DNA of 64,000 bases from Candidatus Latescibacterota bacterium (GTDB lineage Bacteria > Latescibacterota > UBA2968 > UBA8231): positions 3,968,001-4,032,000 of the forward strand of contig OZ241889.1 of assembly GCA_965203355.1 (NCBI GenBank), given 5' to 3'. The notes beneath the pieces were generated by a model. The model was not told the DNA's origin. It was given only the letters and a program-made list of their open reading frames with translations, and ran no database searches. Below, piece by piece: positions 1 through 9,449 of this stretch (the stretch's first letter is position 1; every line of letters begins with the position of its first letter). Both the position numbers and the translations under genes were made by a program.

Positions 1-3000
1 CTCACCGCCCTCGCGGTTCACTGGACCAAAACCCCTGCTCACGTTGCCGGCAGCCGTACGGCCATAGCCAACGCTGATAAAAATCACATCGCGCTCATCC
101 CCCTGCACGTTCTCCAAGTTTTTTACAAAAAAGCCTTCTAATCGGCCCGTAGTGAAAAATTCCTCACAACTCGGATCGAGACGCCGCAATCGCTCAATTT
201 CCAGCAAAATGCGATCGCGCTGAGCCGTCGAAAAAGCAACCACTCCCAAGGTTATATCCGGGTGCGCTTTGGCGTGTCGCATAACCGCCTCGGCTACGTC
301 GCATGCCTCAATCGGGTTCGTGCGCGAACTACCGCGCTCGTACACGGATTCGGGCAGATGGTTAAATGTCAAGCCCTTGGCGTAGGGATTCACTCCGGGG
401 CTGGGGAAGATCATCAGGTGGCCATCGTAAAACTCCCGATTGGAAACGGCAATCAGGGAATCGTGTCGGCTCCGATAGTGCCAGCGCAACATGGACTCCG
501 CTGCCCCTTGCGACAAGAACATACTCAAAATGCTCTCAATGTCGGCGGTCTGACTTTCTTCGTCGTCTAGCTCCAAGGCTTTATTAAAGAAGTCTGTCGG
601 CGGCATCTGGCGCGTGTCCCCAACCACCACAACCTGTTTGCCGCGCAGAATCGGGCCGATTGCATCTACTACTTTCACTTGACTGGCTTCGTCAAATACC
701 ACCAAATCAAAGTCCAGCACCCCCTGCTCCAAGTAAGTCGCTACCGACATAGGGCTCATCATAAACACGGGTTTTATTTGTTGAATCGCCCGGCCGGCTT
801 GGGTGATTAGCCGACGAATCGGCATGTGGCGGCGCTTCTTGTTTACCTCGCGGCGAATAATCGCCATCTCGCCCGCAGCGTTGGCCACCGGCAAGCTGTG
901 GTAGTGTTTCAAGACCAACTCTTCTTGGGCGTGATACAATAGATCTTCATCTAAGCGTCTAAATTCAGCGATGGCGTTTTCATGGCCGAGCCGATTGAAC
1001 CGCTTGAGCGTCTCACTTTTGTTATACGCCTCATTCACCAAGCCCTCGTAATAGGCTTTCTTCAGGGAGGTCAGCAACAACGCTGGTGGCCATGTCCAGT
1101 CGTAAGACAATCGGTCGATCTGTGCCAATTCACTGGCGCAAAGTTTTTTTCTCAGGTGGTTATAACGCGCCATCGGCTCTAGCGTATCGATTCGGTCGCG
1201 CCAACGATTGAGCTCGTCTTTCATTGCCTCCAAGGGTTGCTCTTCAATGGCTCGCGCTACCATCCCCAAACGCTGGCTCACCTCGTCAACCAGCTCTCGC
1301 AGTTCGCCAGCGCTGCACTCAAGCATCTCCAATGGCTCCTCGCGACCTTTGAGTTTTCCGCCGCTCTCCAAGAATTTTAGCAAGCCTTCCGGCAACGCGC
1401 CCTCGCCCACTTCTTTGTGCAACTCGGCGATCCAAGCACTAAGTACCTTCAGTGAACTCCAATCGCTACGCAGCCCTTTCCATTGTGTCCCCAACAGGCT
1501 TTTGCCCAAACACTCGTGCTCGGTGTATAGCTCGCGCAGAGCTTGGTATCTGAGAATGTCGTCGATGAGTTCCACGCATGCTTCCGCACTGGCTGGCAGT
1601 TCGCCTCTCACCAAACCTTGTAGAGTGCGTTGGGCCCGGCGGAAACTGGGAAAGATAAAACGCCACCAGTGCCGGCCCGTAGTAGCCCAGGCTTGGCGCA
1701 CACTCAACAGATTGGCTCGCCAAGCCTGCTCGATCAACTGCTCGCGCCGTTTGTCTTGCAACGCTGCAATCTCTTCGCCGGCTTGGATCAGAGCCTCAAT
1801 TTGCTCAGCGCGGAGTTTCCAGTCCGCAGCGGTTATCTGTACTCCCGCCAAGGGCGGCGCATTCAGCACGCGCGCGCCAGCGCGGCAAACGATCCGCACG
1901 GCGGCGAGGCTTGCTGGGCTATCCAGACCCATCTCTTCGGACAGGGTGGCAGCCAATTTCCAGCAGTCGTTGAGCGATGCGAGTGCTTTAGTCAAGCAAG
2001 TAACCACCTCGTTTTGCTCAATCGGCGAGATGTGCTCTAGCGTTGACTGGGCAAAAGGATTCTGGGCCGGAGTGCCCATCGCCTCTAAGTGTTCAACCAA
2101 TTCGCGCACATTCGCGCACGCGTTTGTAAAGGCATCCTCGTCCCAATGGCGGAACTCGGCAAAATCCAATACCGGCAGTTCGCGCTCACCGGCTTCTTCT
2201 CTCAGCTTCAGGAGGTGCCCTTGGGCATTTATATAGCTCGTTCCCGAAGTCAGAATGGGGCGGTTCACCTCTTGGCAATACGCATCGAGCTGTTCGCGTA
2301 ACTGGGTGTGGCGACGCTTTTTGGCTGTGTGATTCTCCACGACCGGCGGACCGAGCTCCAACGTGTGCCTCAGTTCTTGCAAAACGGCACTTTTATTGCT
2401 CTTATGGCTGTGAAGTTCCAAGACGGCATCGCCCAAGTGGCATTCGTCAAGGCGGCGTTTTACCACTTCCAAAGCAGCCATTTTCTCGGCTACAAAGAGT
2501 ACGGTTTTTTCGTCGGCCAGAGCCTCGGCGATAATGTTGGTAATGGTCTGCGATTTACCCGTGCCCGGCGGGCCTTGAATTACTAGGTTGGCACCTTGCT
2601 TCACCGCCATAACGGCTCGCGTTTGGCTGGAATCCGCATCCAACACAAAGTGGAGATCTGTGGGATCGAGCAACGCGGAGGATGTATCTTCACTCGACGT
2701 TGAGAGCAATCCATCGCCGCCGCCAAATCCGCCACCGAGCAACTTTTGCATCACCTTGTGGTCGTGGGGTTTGCGATCTTCGGGCCAATTGTCCGGGTCT
2801 AAATCCTGATACATCTGAAACTTGCCAAAAGAAAAAAAACCAAGCGCAATCTCATCGGCCTGCACCTGCCAGCATGGCTGGTGAGCCACGCTATCGGCCA
2901 CTTCTTTTAAGTACCCATCAACATCCAGCTCTTCTCCGAACTCCGGCAGCGTTATCTCGAACTCGCTTTTCAATTTGTTAGCAAGCGTCAAATTCGGGCC

Positions 3001-3516
3001 AAGATCGGCCTGAGTGTACGCTACCTTGTAGCACGCTCTCGCACTGCCGCGTTCCAAAGCAACCGGCACCAATACGAGCGGTGCTTTGCGGGGCACGGAA
3101 GAATTTTCATGTTCAAACCAAGTCAAGAAGCCCAAGGCCAAGTGTAGTAGATCAACGCCCTGCTCTTGGTAGTAGCCCTCGGCCTCTGTGCTGATCTTCA
3201 GTAGGTTTTTGTCCAGCGCATCCGCGGTGAGTTTGGTTTGCAGGCGCTTGTCGGTATGGCGACGATCTGCGTCCTGGTCTGCCAAAATTTGGCGTAGCGC
3301 TTGCGGCGCGCTTTCGTCCTCCAGCGGCTCGGGCACCGAAATAAATGCCATGGGCTTTTGCTCAGCGACCAATATCCGAAACACCGCTCTCGACTTCTCG
3401 CCGATCACTTCAAGTGTTTTCGCGCCGTGCCGAAAGTTGAGCAGCGTATTGCCGCGCAGGCCCATATCCAATAATTCCGCCCGGCTGACTTCCAGTTTCT
3501 CTGCCAAAAATTGCAT
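1..3516 (-). CDS. DUF4011 / superfamily I (UPF1/DNA2-like) helicase, C-terminus beyond left window edge; Hhe-like defence candidate
   Basis: Not in the ORF track because it has no stop in the window. Hand translation from ATG 3516 is open to base 1 (1172 codons): MQFLAEKLEVSRAELLDMGLRGNTLLNFR (DUF4011 start), ALGFFSFGKFQMYQDL, Walker A IQGPPGTGKSQT (~2555-2580), VFDEASQ (~680-705), VVGDTRQMPP, LRWHYRSRH, KNLENVQGDERDVI, FGPVNREGGE. Confidence 0.92.
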   Translation of the reverse strand, partial: MQFLAEKLEVSRAELLDMGLRGNTLLNFRHGAKTLEVIGEKSRAVFRILVAEQKPMAFISVPEPLEDESAPQALRQILADQDADRRHTDKRLQTKLTADALDKNLLKISTEAEGYYQEQGVDLLHLALGFLTWFEHENSSVPRKAPLVLVPVALERGSARACYKVAYTQADLGPNLTLANKLKSEFEITLPEFGEELDVDGYLKEVADSVAHQPCWQVQADEIALGFFSFGKFQMYQDLDPDNWPEDRKPHDHKVMQKLLGGGFGGGDGLLSTSSEDTSSALLDPTDLHFVLDADSSQTRAVMAVKQGANLVIQGPPGTGKSQTITNIIAEALADEKTVLFVAEKMAALEVVKRRLDECHLGDAVLELHSHKSNKSAVLQELRHTLELGPPVVENHTAKKRRHTQLREQLDAYCQEVNRPILTSGTSYINAQGHLLKLREEAGERELPVLDFAEFRHWDEDAFTNACANVRELVEHLEAMGTPAQNPFAQSTLEHISPIEQNEVVTCLTKALASLNDCWKLAATLSEEMGLDSPASLAAVRIVCRAGARVLNAPPLAGVQITAADWKLRAEQIEALIQAGEEIAALQDKRREQLIEQAWRANLLSVRQAWATTGRHWWRFIFPSFRRAQRTLQGLVRGELPASAEACVELIDDILRYQALRELYTEHECLGKSLLGTQWKGLRSDWSSLKVLSAWIAELHKEVGEGALPEGLLKFLESGGKLKGREEPLEMLECSAGELRELVDEVSQRLGMVARAIEEQPLEAMKDELNRWRDRIDTLEPMARYNHLRKKLCASELAQIDRLSYDWTWPPALLLTSLKKAYYEGLVNEAYNKSETLKRFNRLGHENAIAEFRRLDEDLLYHAQEELVLKHYHSLPVANAAGEMAIIRREVNKKRRHMPIRRLITQAGRAIQQIKPVFMMSPMSVATYLEQGVLDFDLVVFDEASQVKVVDAIGPILRGKQVVVVGDTRQMPPTDFFNKALELDDEESQTADIESILSMFLSQGAAESMLRWHYRSRHDSLIAVSNREFYDGHLMIFPSPGVNPYAKGLTFNHLPESVYERGSSRTNPIEACDVAEAVMRHAKAHPDITLGVVAFSTAQRDRILLEIERLRRLDPSCEEFFTTGRLEGFFVKNLENVQGDERDVIFISVGYGRTAAGNVSRGFGPVNREGGE

Positions 3517-3519
3517 ACG

Positions 3520-4251
3520 TCAAGCCCTGCCGTCGCGCAGCAGCCAGCGCACGGCGTTTTTCTGCAACTTCTCGTAGGCTGGGTTCCACAGCACAGGGAT
3601 GGTGTGCCCTGGTGATAAATAGCACACGCGACCCGCACCATAATCGTACGCCCAAGCCGCCTCGCACGTGGTACCCAAGTCCTGCCAAGTGTGCCCGTCG
3701 TCATTGACGCTGACGGCCAAAACATGGGCTGGGTCCTTGTCGTACTGCATGAAGTGCTGCTCATCCTCGACGACAAAGTCTTCCACGCCGCGCGTGATGG
3801 GGTGATCGGCGCACGTGATGTGTACGCGGTAGGGACGCACCGGCGGGTGGCCCTGTGTAGCAGCACCTAACACGTGGCGAAAGTCGCTGCTGCCCGGAGC
3901 GATGTACGTGGAATTGTGATAGAAAAGGGCCGCTCCACCTGCCTCCACAAAGCTCCGCACGGCGCGACCTTGAGCCTCGGTAATCCACTGCACGGGACGC
4001 GCTTCCTCGGCCTCGACGGGCGGCTTGCTGACGGACGCAGCCTCTATGCCGTAGCCATTGGGCCAAATCATGCCGTCGCGGAAGACGATCAGCAGCCGGT
4101 AGCTCGACAGATGTTGGGCGTTGAGCAGGGTGATTTCGTCGGTAAAGTCAATGGATAATCCCATGCCTTGGACCAAGGTGCGGCTCAAAGCTGTGCGGAT
4201 GTAATCAGACGTGTGATAGCGGTCGCCCACTAGGGCAAAGGCCGTAGCCAT
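3520..4251 (-). CDS. ThuA-like (trehalose utilisation / class I glutamine amidotransferase-like fold) protein
   Basis: 243 aa with DHPITRGVEDFVVEDEQH and YGAGRVCYLSPGH...NAVRWL; GGAGG RBS upstream. Confidence 0.8.
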   Translation of the reverse strand: MATAFALVGDRYHTSDYIRTALSRTLVQGMGLSIDFTDEITLLNAQHLSSYRLLIVFRDGMIWPNGYGIEAASVSKPPVEAEEARPVQWITEAQGRAVRSFVEAGGAALFYHNSTYIAPGSSDFRHVLGAATQGHPPVRPYRVHITCADHPITRGVEDFVVEDEQHFMQYDKDPAHVLAVSVNDDGHTWQDLGTTCEAAWAYDYGAGRVCYLSPGHTIPVLWNPAYEKLQKNAVRWLLRDGRA

Positions 4252-4307
4252 GAATCATCTCCTCCGTGAATTTTGCGCTTGCAATGGGCGGCAGGCCCGC
4301 CGCCTTA

Positions 4308-4449
4308 GAAGCGTTTTTAAGATTCCTCTTATGGCCCTTTGCGTCAAAAAAGAACCTAGTAGCAATGGAGTCTCGCCCGCGGAAAACGCTCGACCTGGAA
4401 GCCGCTCGACCGCCTTTGCAGCGGTCGACGAGAGGTTTAAAAACGCTTC
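4308..4449. mobile_element. MITE-like element, copy A (142 bp)
   Basis: 13-bp perfect TIR GAAGCGTTTTTAA / TTAAAAACGCTTC, flanked by direct TTA at 4305-4307 and 4450-4452 (the latter is the glcD stop codon). Homologous to 27095-27238 in reverse complement. Confidence 0.8.
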
Positions 4450-5937
4450 TTAGAACCGTTCCAACGCTGGGAACTTTTCCTCACCTCGATGCACGTGCAT
4501 GGCCCCGCCCTCAGCGCACCGCCGCAAGGTGGGAAACACCTTGCCCGGATTCAGCACTTGCTGCGGGTCAAACGCGGCTTTAACTCGCTCTTGAGCGTCC
4601 AAATCCGCGTCCTTGAACATGCACGGCATTAAATCCCGCTTCTCAATGCCAATCCCGTGTTCCCCACTCAATACGCCCCCTACTTCGACGCAGAGCTTCA
4701 GGATTTCGGCCCCTAGCGACTCGGCCTTCGCCAAATCGCCCTTGACATTGCTGTCGTACAGCACGAGCGGGTGCAAGTTGCCATCGCCCGCGTGGAAAAC
4801 ATTGGCCACCCGCAGGCCATACGCGGCCGCTAGCTCGCTGATTCGCGCTAGCACCTGCGGCAGTGCGCCCCGTGGAATGGTCCCATCCATGCAGTAGTAG
4901 TCCGGGCTAATCCGCCCCATCGCGGGGAAAGCGGCTTTGCGACCGGCCCACAGCTTTTGCCGCTCGGCCTCGGTGGTGGCGCGGGAAAGCTCGGTCGCGC
5001 CGGTCTGCCGCAGGAGCGTTTCCAAGGTGCGGCTTTGGTACTCGACCTCACTTCGCGGCCCGTCCAACTCGACCAGCAAGAGCGCCGCAACCCCGAGCGG
5101 ATAGCCCGCGCCGACAAAACCCTCCACCGCTTCAACCGATAGCTGATCCATGATTTCCATGCCGGCCGGCACCATGCCCGCGGCCACGATCTCAGCCACG
5201 GCCTGCCCGGCCGCGGCGACCGAATCGTACACCGCCATCACAGCCTGCGTCATTTCCGGCTTGGGCAAGATGCGCAGGGTGGCTTCCGTGGTAATGGCCA
5301 ACAGCCCTTCCGAACCCGTCAGCAGCCCGAGCAAGTCGTAGCCGGCTTGGTCCATGCCTTTGCCGCCGACCCGCGCGATCTCGCCATCGGCCAGTACCAC
5401 CTCCAAGCCGAGGAGATTATTGGTCGTCGTGCCGTATTTGAGACAGTGTACTCCGCCGGAATTCTCGGCGATATTACCGCCGATCGAGCAGGCGATCTGG
5501 CTCGAAGGATCGGGCGCGTAGTAGAAGCCACTCTGCTCTACGGCTTCGGTCACGGCCCGATTGGTCACGCCCGGCTGCACGGTCACCGTGCGATTTTGCA
5601 AATCAATGTCGAGAATCGCACGCATCCGCGCCGTGCTCAACACGACTCCATCTTCCCTCGGCAGAGCACCACCCGAAAGCCCGGTGCCAGCACCCCAAGG
5701 GACGATGGGAATGTCGAGTTGAGCGCACGACCGGAGTACCGCCGCAACCTGCTCGGTGCTCTCCGGTAAGGCGACCAACATGGGCCGCTGGCGATACGCC
5801 GACAGGCCGTCGCATTCATAGGCGACCACGTCCTCGCGGCGATGAATGATTTGCTCGGCGCACAAGTGCCGGTGCAGGAGATTAATGAGGTCTCCGCGCC
5901 GCTTGAAGCGGGCAGGGTCGGGGGTGGGAAGTTGCAT
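4450..5937 (-). CDS. glcD: Glycolate oxidase subunit GlcD / FAD-linked oxidase
   Basis: GAGTGLSGGA, YAPDPSSQIACSIGGNIAENSGGVHCLKYG, HAGDGNLHP, GEHGIG, LNPGK; C-terminal RCAEGGAMHVH typical of GlcD. Confidence 0.88.
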   Translation of the reverse strand: MQLPTPDPARFKRRGDLINLLHRHLCAEQIIHRREDVVAYECDGLSAYRQRPMLVALPESTEQVAAVLRSCAQLDIPIVPWGAGTGLSGGALPREDGVVLSTARMRAILDIDLQNRTVTVQPGVTNRAVTEAVEQSGFYYAPDPSSQIACSIGGNIAENSGGVHCLKYGTTTNNLLGLEVVLADGEIARVGGKGMDQAGYDLLGLLTGSEGLLAITTEATLRILPKPEMTQAVMAVYDSVAAAGQAVAEIVAAGMVPAGMEIMDQLSVEAVEGFVGAGYPLGVAALLLVELDGPRSEVEYQSRTLETLLRQTGATELSRATTEAERQKLWAGRKAAFPAMGRISPDYYCMDGTIPRGALPQVLARISELAAAYGLRVANVFHAGDGNLHPLVLYDSNVKGDLAKAESLGAEILKLCVEVGGVLSGEHGIGIEKRDLMPCMFKDADLDAQERVKAAFDPQQVLNPGKVFPTLRRCAEGGAMHVHRGEEKFPALERF

Positions 5938-5940
5938 TGG

Positions 5941-6945
5941 TCAATAGCCCAAGTCGTTGGCGTAAGCAAAAAGCGCAGGTGTGCCGCCGGTGTGGAGGAA
6001 GATAAGGCTCTGCTCGGGACGCCACCAACCGGCACGCACGTGCGCCAAAAGCCCGGCCATGGCTTTGCTGGTATAGGACGGATCGAGCAATAGTCCTTCC
6101 TGTTGCGCCAACAGGTGCAAAGCTCCGCGGCCCTCTGGAGTGACCACGCCGTAGTCTGGGCCGACAAACGCGGCGTAGCTTTCGAAATCTTCCGCCTTCA
6201 GCGAAAGGTCGAGTCCTAGGATCTCAGCGCATTCCCGTCCCAGCGCGAGATGCTCCTTGGCCGCCTGCTGGTCGCAGCGCAGCGAAGGGCTGATGCCGAC
6301 CACCCGCATGTCGATGCCCAACGCCTTGAACGCCACCACCAATCCCACGTGGGTATGCGCCCCGGAACACAGATAGAGTGCCGCTGGCGCAACGCCCTGT
6401 TCTTCGCATTGGGCCAAAAGTTCTAACGCCCCATCGACGTACGCTACACTGCGGAAGATGCACGCGTCCGAACTAGTGTGGAAGGGGCGGTGCCCAGCCG
6501 CGATCAGCGCGGCCATCTTCGCGGCCACGGTCTGCGCCTGCTCGCTTGGCACTGGCAAATCGACCTCGGCACCGAAGAGACGGGTCAACAGCAGGTTCCC
6601 TTGCGTCTGTGCGTGGGCGTCGCTGCGCCCCACGATCACGGCCGGCATTCCCAATTTTGCGGCCACCGCGGCCGTCTGTCGCGATTGATTCGACTGGGCA
6701 GCGGCCGAGTGTACCAGCACATCGCAGCCCTGCTCTACGGCTTGGGCGATTTGGTATTCAAACTCGCGGATCTTGTTGCCGCCAAAAGCCAAGCCGGTCA
6801 AATCGTCGCGCTTGACCCAGATTTGCGGGCCACCTAGATGGGCACTGAGACGCTTTAATTCCTCCAAGGGCGTCGGCAAGGACGCTAGCGGCAAGCGCGG
6901 CAAGCGAGCCAGTCGCTCTTTCAATTCCTCTCGGCTAACAATCAT
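5941..6945 (-). CDS. D-cysteine desulfhydrase / cysteate sulfo-lyase family PLP enzyme
   Basis: KRDDLTGLAFGGNKIR (PLP Lys), QSN, LLDPSYTSK and FLHTGG (Thr/Thr pattern, not the Glu/Leu of ACC deaminase). Start moved to ATG 6945, which has a GAGGG RBS. Confidence 0.85.
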   Translation of the reverse strand: MIVSREELKERLARLPRLPLASLPTPLEELKRLSAHLGGPQIWVKRDDLTGLAFGGNKIREFEYQIAQAVEQGCDVLVHSAAAQSNQSRQTAAVAAKLGMPAVIVGRSDAHAQTQGNLLLTRLFGAEVDLPVPSEQAQTVAAKMAALIAAGHRPFHTSSDACIFRSVAYVDGALELLAQCEEQGVAPAALYLCSGAHTHVGLVVAFKALGIDMRVVGISPSLRCDQQAAKEHLALGRECAEILGLDLSLKAEDFESYAAFVGPDYGVVTPEGRGALHLLAQQEGLLLDPSYTSKAMAGLLAHVRAGWWRPEQSLIFLHTGGTPALFAYANDLGY

Positions 6946-7157
6946 AGCTTCCCTCTTGTTTGCTTGCAAAAAAACCATTAAACAACCACGGGGCAAACCA
7001 TTTTGGCTCCATGCGCTGAGCGTCGTCGAATTTGCTCTTTTGCTAAAAATCCTTAACTTTTTTGCAGTGAAGCCGCACAACCTACCACCCCTCCTCAGAA
7101 CTTCACGACTCCCCAACACCAATCGCTGTTTAACCATAAAAAACATATAGGGCCGTT

Positions 7158-9449
7158 TTGGATCTAGTCGAACCTATACCCGAACGCCTGTTGCCTCACA
7201 TTCGCGGCGAATTGCACCCCGGCGAACTGCTCATCGTCCTCCTCGCCGCCGACATTCGCCCCGACGGACAATACGGCGACTCTTGGTTTGCTCTGACGGA
7301 CGAGCGGATACTCGTCTTCCACCCTAATGGTGCCGATACGCCCGAGACCGTGCGCCTCGGTTTGGACCAAGTGCAGGGCATCCAGACCCGCAATTACGTA
7401 GGCAGCGGTGCTCTCGTCGTCGAGCTAGCGGACGAGACCGTCGAGCTGCTGCGCTTTTCGCAGAGTGCGTACTACAAATTCTCCGGCGTACCCCAAGCCA
7501 TCGAGGGCGCCGATCTATTCGAAGGCGAAGACGCAGCAAAGGACGGGCCGGCGCAGGTCGATCCGGCCAAAGTAGTAGAGCACTGTCCCACCTGCGGACT
7601 CGCCCTGCGCTCCGGCTCCAAAGTCTGCCCCAACTGCCTGCGCCAGACCGAGACCTTCTGGCGCTTGTTTTCCTATATCAAACCCTATAAAAGCCAAGCA
7701 CTGCTCGGATTCACGCTGACGATTGTGCTGACGGTTATTGGCCTGTTGCCGCCCCAGCTCAACCGCATCCTCATCGACGATGTCATCGTCCCGGCCATCG
7801 TCCAATACGAATCCGCGGGCATGGCCGAGGGCGAAGCGACCGTGGCCACCGCCGCGAGCGTACAATTCCTGCTGTGGGTCGTACTGGGCCTGCTCGGCGT
7901 CTATCTCGGCCGCGGCATCATCAGCGGGGTGCGAATGTACGCCTTGGGGTGGCTCGGCCAGCGCGTCGTGTACGATTTGCAGACGCAAATTTTCCAACAC
8001 TTGCAACGGCTGTCGCTGACGTTTTACAACACGCTCAGCACGGGGCGGATTATGACTCGCGTCACCAGCGATACCGAGCGCATGCGCAGGTTTATCACTT
8101 CGGGGTTCCAAGACATCGTCATCGACGGGCTGACCATCATCGGCATTTGCGCGATGTTATTTGTAACAAATTGGGAATTGGCGCTCTTGTCGCTGATCCC
8201 CATTCCCTTCATGATCATCGGCACCATTATCTACCGCAACCACATCCACTGGGTTTTCCACCGGATATGGCGTCGCATTTCCACCCTCAACGCCATGCTC
8301 GCCGACACCATTCCCGGTGTCAAGGTAGTAAAGGCGTTTGCCCAAGAAAACCGCGAGCTCGAGCGCTTCAACAAGCGCAACAGCGACCTGCGAGACTCGC
8401 AGATGACCTCGTTCAAGATGCGGTCCTATTACATTCCGACGATCTCCTTTACCACCTCGGTTGGCTCGATCATTCTCTGGTGGTTCGGCGGCCATCGAGT
8501 GCTCTCCAACACCCTGACCCTCGGCGACCTCCAAGCATTTATCGCCTATATGACGATGTTCTACGCGCCGGTGCGCTCGCTGTGCAACCTCACCGAACAG
8601 CTAGAGACCGCAGCGACAACAGCCGAGCGCGTCTTTGAGATCATCGACACCGAGCCGGAAGTCCAAGACGCCCTTGACGCCATAGATCCCGGCGTGCTTG
8701 AAGGCTCAGTAGAGTTCCGCAACGTCAGTTTCACCTACGACGGCTCGGCCAGGATTCTCGACCACATCCACTTTAAGGCCGAACCCGGCGAGATGATCGG
8801 CATCGTTGGCCCCAGCGGCGCGGGTAAGTCCACGTTGGTCAACCTCATCTCGCGGTTCTACGACGCCACCGACGGTCAAGTCCTCATTGACGGCCAGCCC
8901 ATTACCCGGCTCAAACAGCAGGCGTTGCGCGGTCAAATCGGCGTGGTCTTGCAAGAGCCGCTGCTCTTCCAAGGCTCCATCGCCAACAATATCGCCTACG
9001 GCCACCCCACTGCCACGCGCCAAGAAGTCATCGAGGCGGCCCGCGCGGCCAACGCCCACAAGTTCATCATGAATTTTCCCGATGGCTACGACACCCAAGT
9101 CGGCGAGCGCGGCGGTCGGCTCTCCGGCGGCGAGCGCCAGCGCATCTCCATTGCCCGCGCCCTGATCGGCAACCCGCGCATCCTGATCCTCGACGAAGCC
9201 ACGGCCTCGGTCGATACCCAGACCGAGTACGAAATCCAAGAGGCACTCGAACGGTTGGTAGCGGGCCGCACGACCTTTGCCATTGCCCACCGGCTCTCAA
9301 CCCTCAAAAACGCCGACCGCCTGCTGGTGCTGGAAAGAGGGCGCGTCGCCGAGGTCGGCACCCACGAAGCGTTGCTCAATAAGGAGGACGGCGTCTATCG
9401 CCGACTGGTCGATATGCAAACCGAAATGGCGAAAGTGCGGGCACTATGA
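7158..9449 (+). CDS. ABC exporter, fused permease/ATPase, with N-terminal PH-like domain and CxxC...CxxC zinc ribbon
   Basis: CPTC..CPNC, six TM segments, GPSGAGKS, LSGGERQR, ILDEATAS, IAHRLST; TTG start. Confidence 0.9.
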   Translation: MDLVEPIPERLLPHIRGELHPGELLIVLLAADIRPDGQYGDSWFALTDERILVFHPNGADTPETVRLGLDQVQGIQTRNYVGSGALVVELADETVELLRFSQSAYYKFSGVPQAIEGADLFEGEDAAKDGPAQVDPAKVVEHCPTCGLALRSGSKVCPNCLRQTETFWRLFSYIKPYKSQALLGFTLTIVLTVIGLLPPQLNRILIDDVIVPAIVQYESAGMAEGEATVATAASVQFLLWVVLGLLGVYLGRGIISGVRMYALGWLGQRVVYDLQTQIFQHLQRLSLTFYNTLSTGRIMTRVTSDTERMRRFITSGFQDIVIDGLTIIGICAMLFVTNWELALLSLIPIPFMIIGTIIYRNHIHWVFHRIWRRISTLNAMLADTIPGVKVVKAFAQENRELERFNKRNSDLRDSQMTSFKMRSYYIPTISFTTSVGSIILWWFGGHRVLSNTLTLGDLQAFIAYMTMFYAPVRSLCNLTEQLETAATTAERVFEIIDTEPEVQDALDAIDPGVLEGSVEFRNVSFTYDGSARILDHIHFKAEPGEMIGIVGPSGAGKSTLVNLISRFYDATDGQVLIDGQPITRLKQQALRGQIGVVLQEPLLFQGSIANNIAYGHPTATRQEVIEAARAANAHKFIMNFPDGYDTQVGERGGRLSGGERQRISIARALIGNPRILILDEATASVDTQTEYEIQEALERLVAGRTTFAIAHRLSTLKNADRLLVLERGRVAEVGTHEALLNKEDGVYRRLVDMQTEMAKVRAL

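Noticed and set aside
1208-2236. 342-aa plus-strand ORF and other plus-strand ORFs over 262-3577
   Set aside because: Antisense shadows of the minus-strand helicase; Ser/Arg-rich with no motifs.
6946-7146. N-terminal extension of the 401-aa desulfhydrase ORF
   Set aside because: AT-rich divergent intergenic sequence; homology and RBS begin at ATG 6945.
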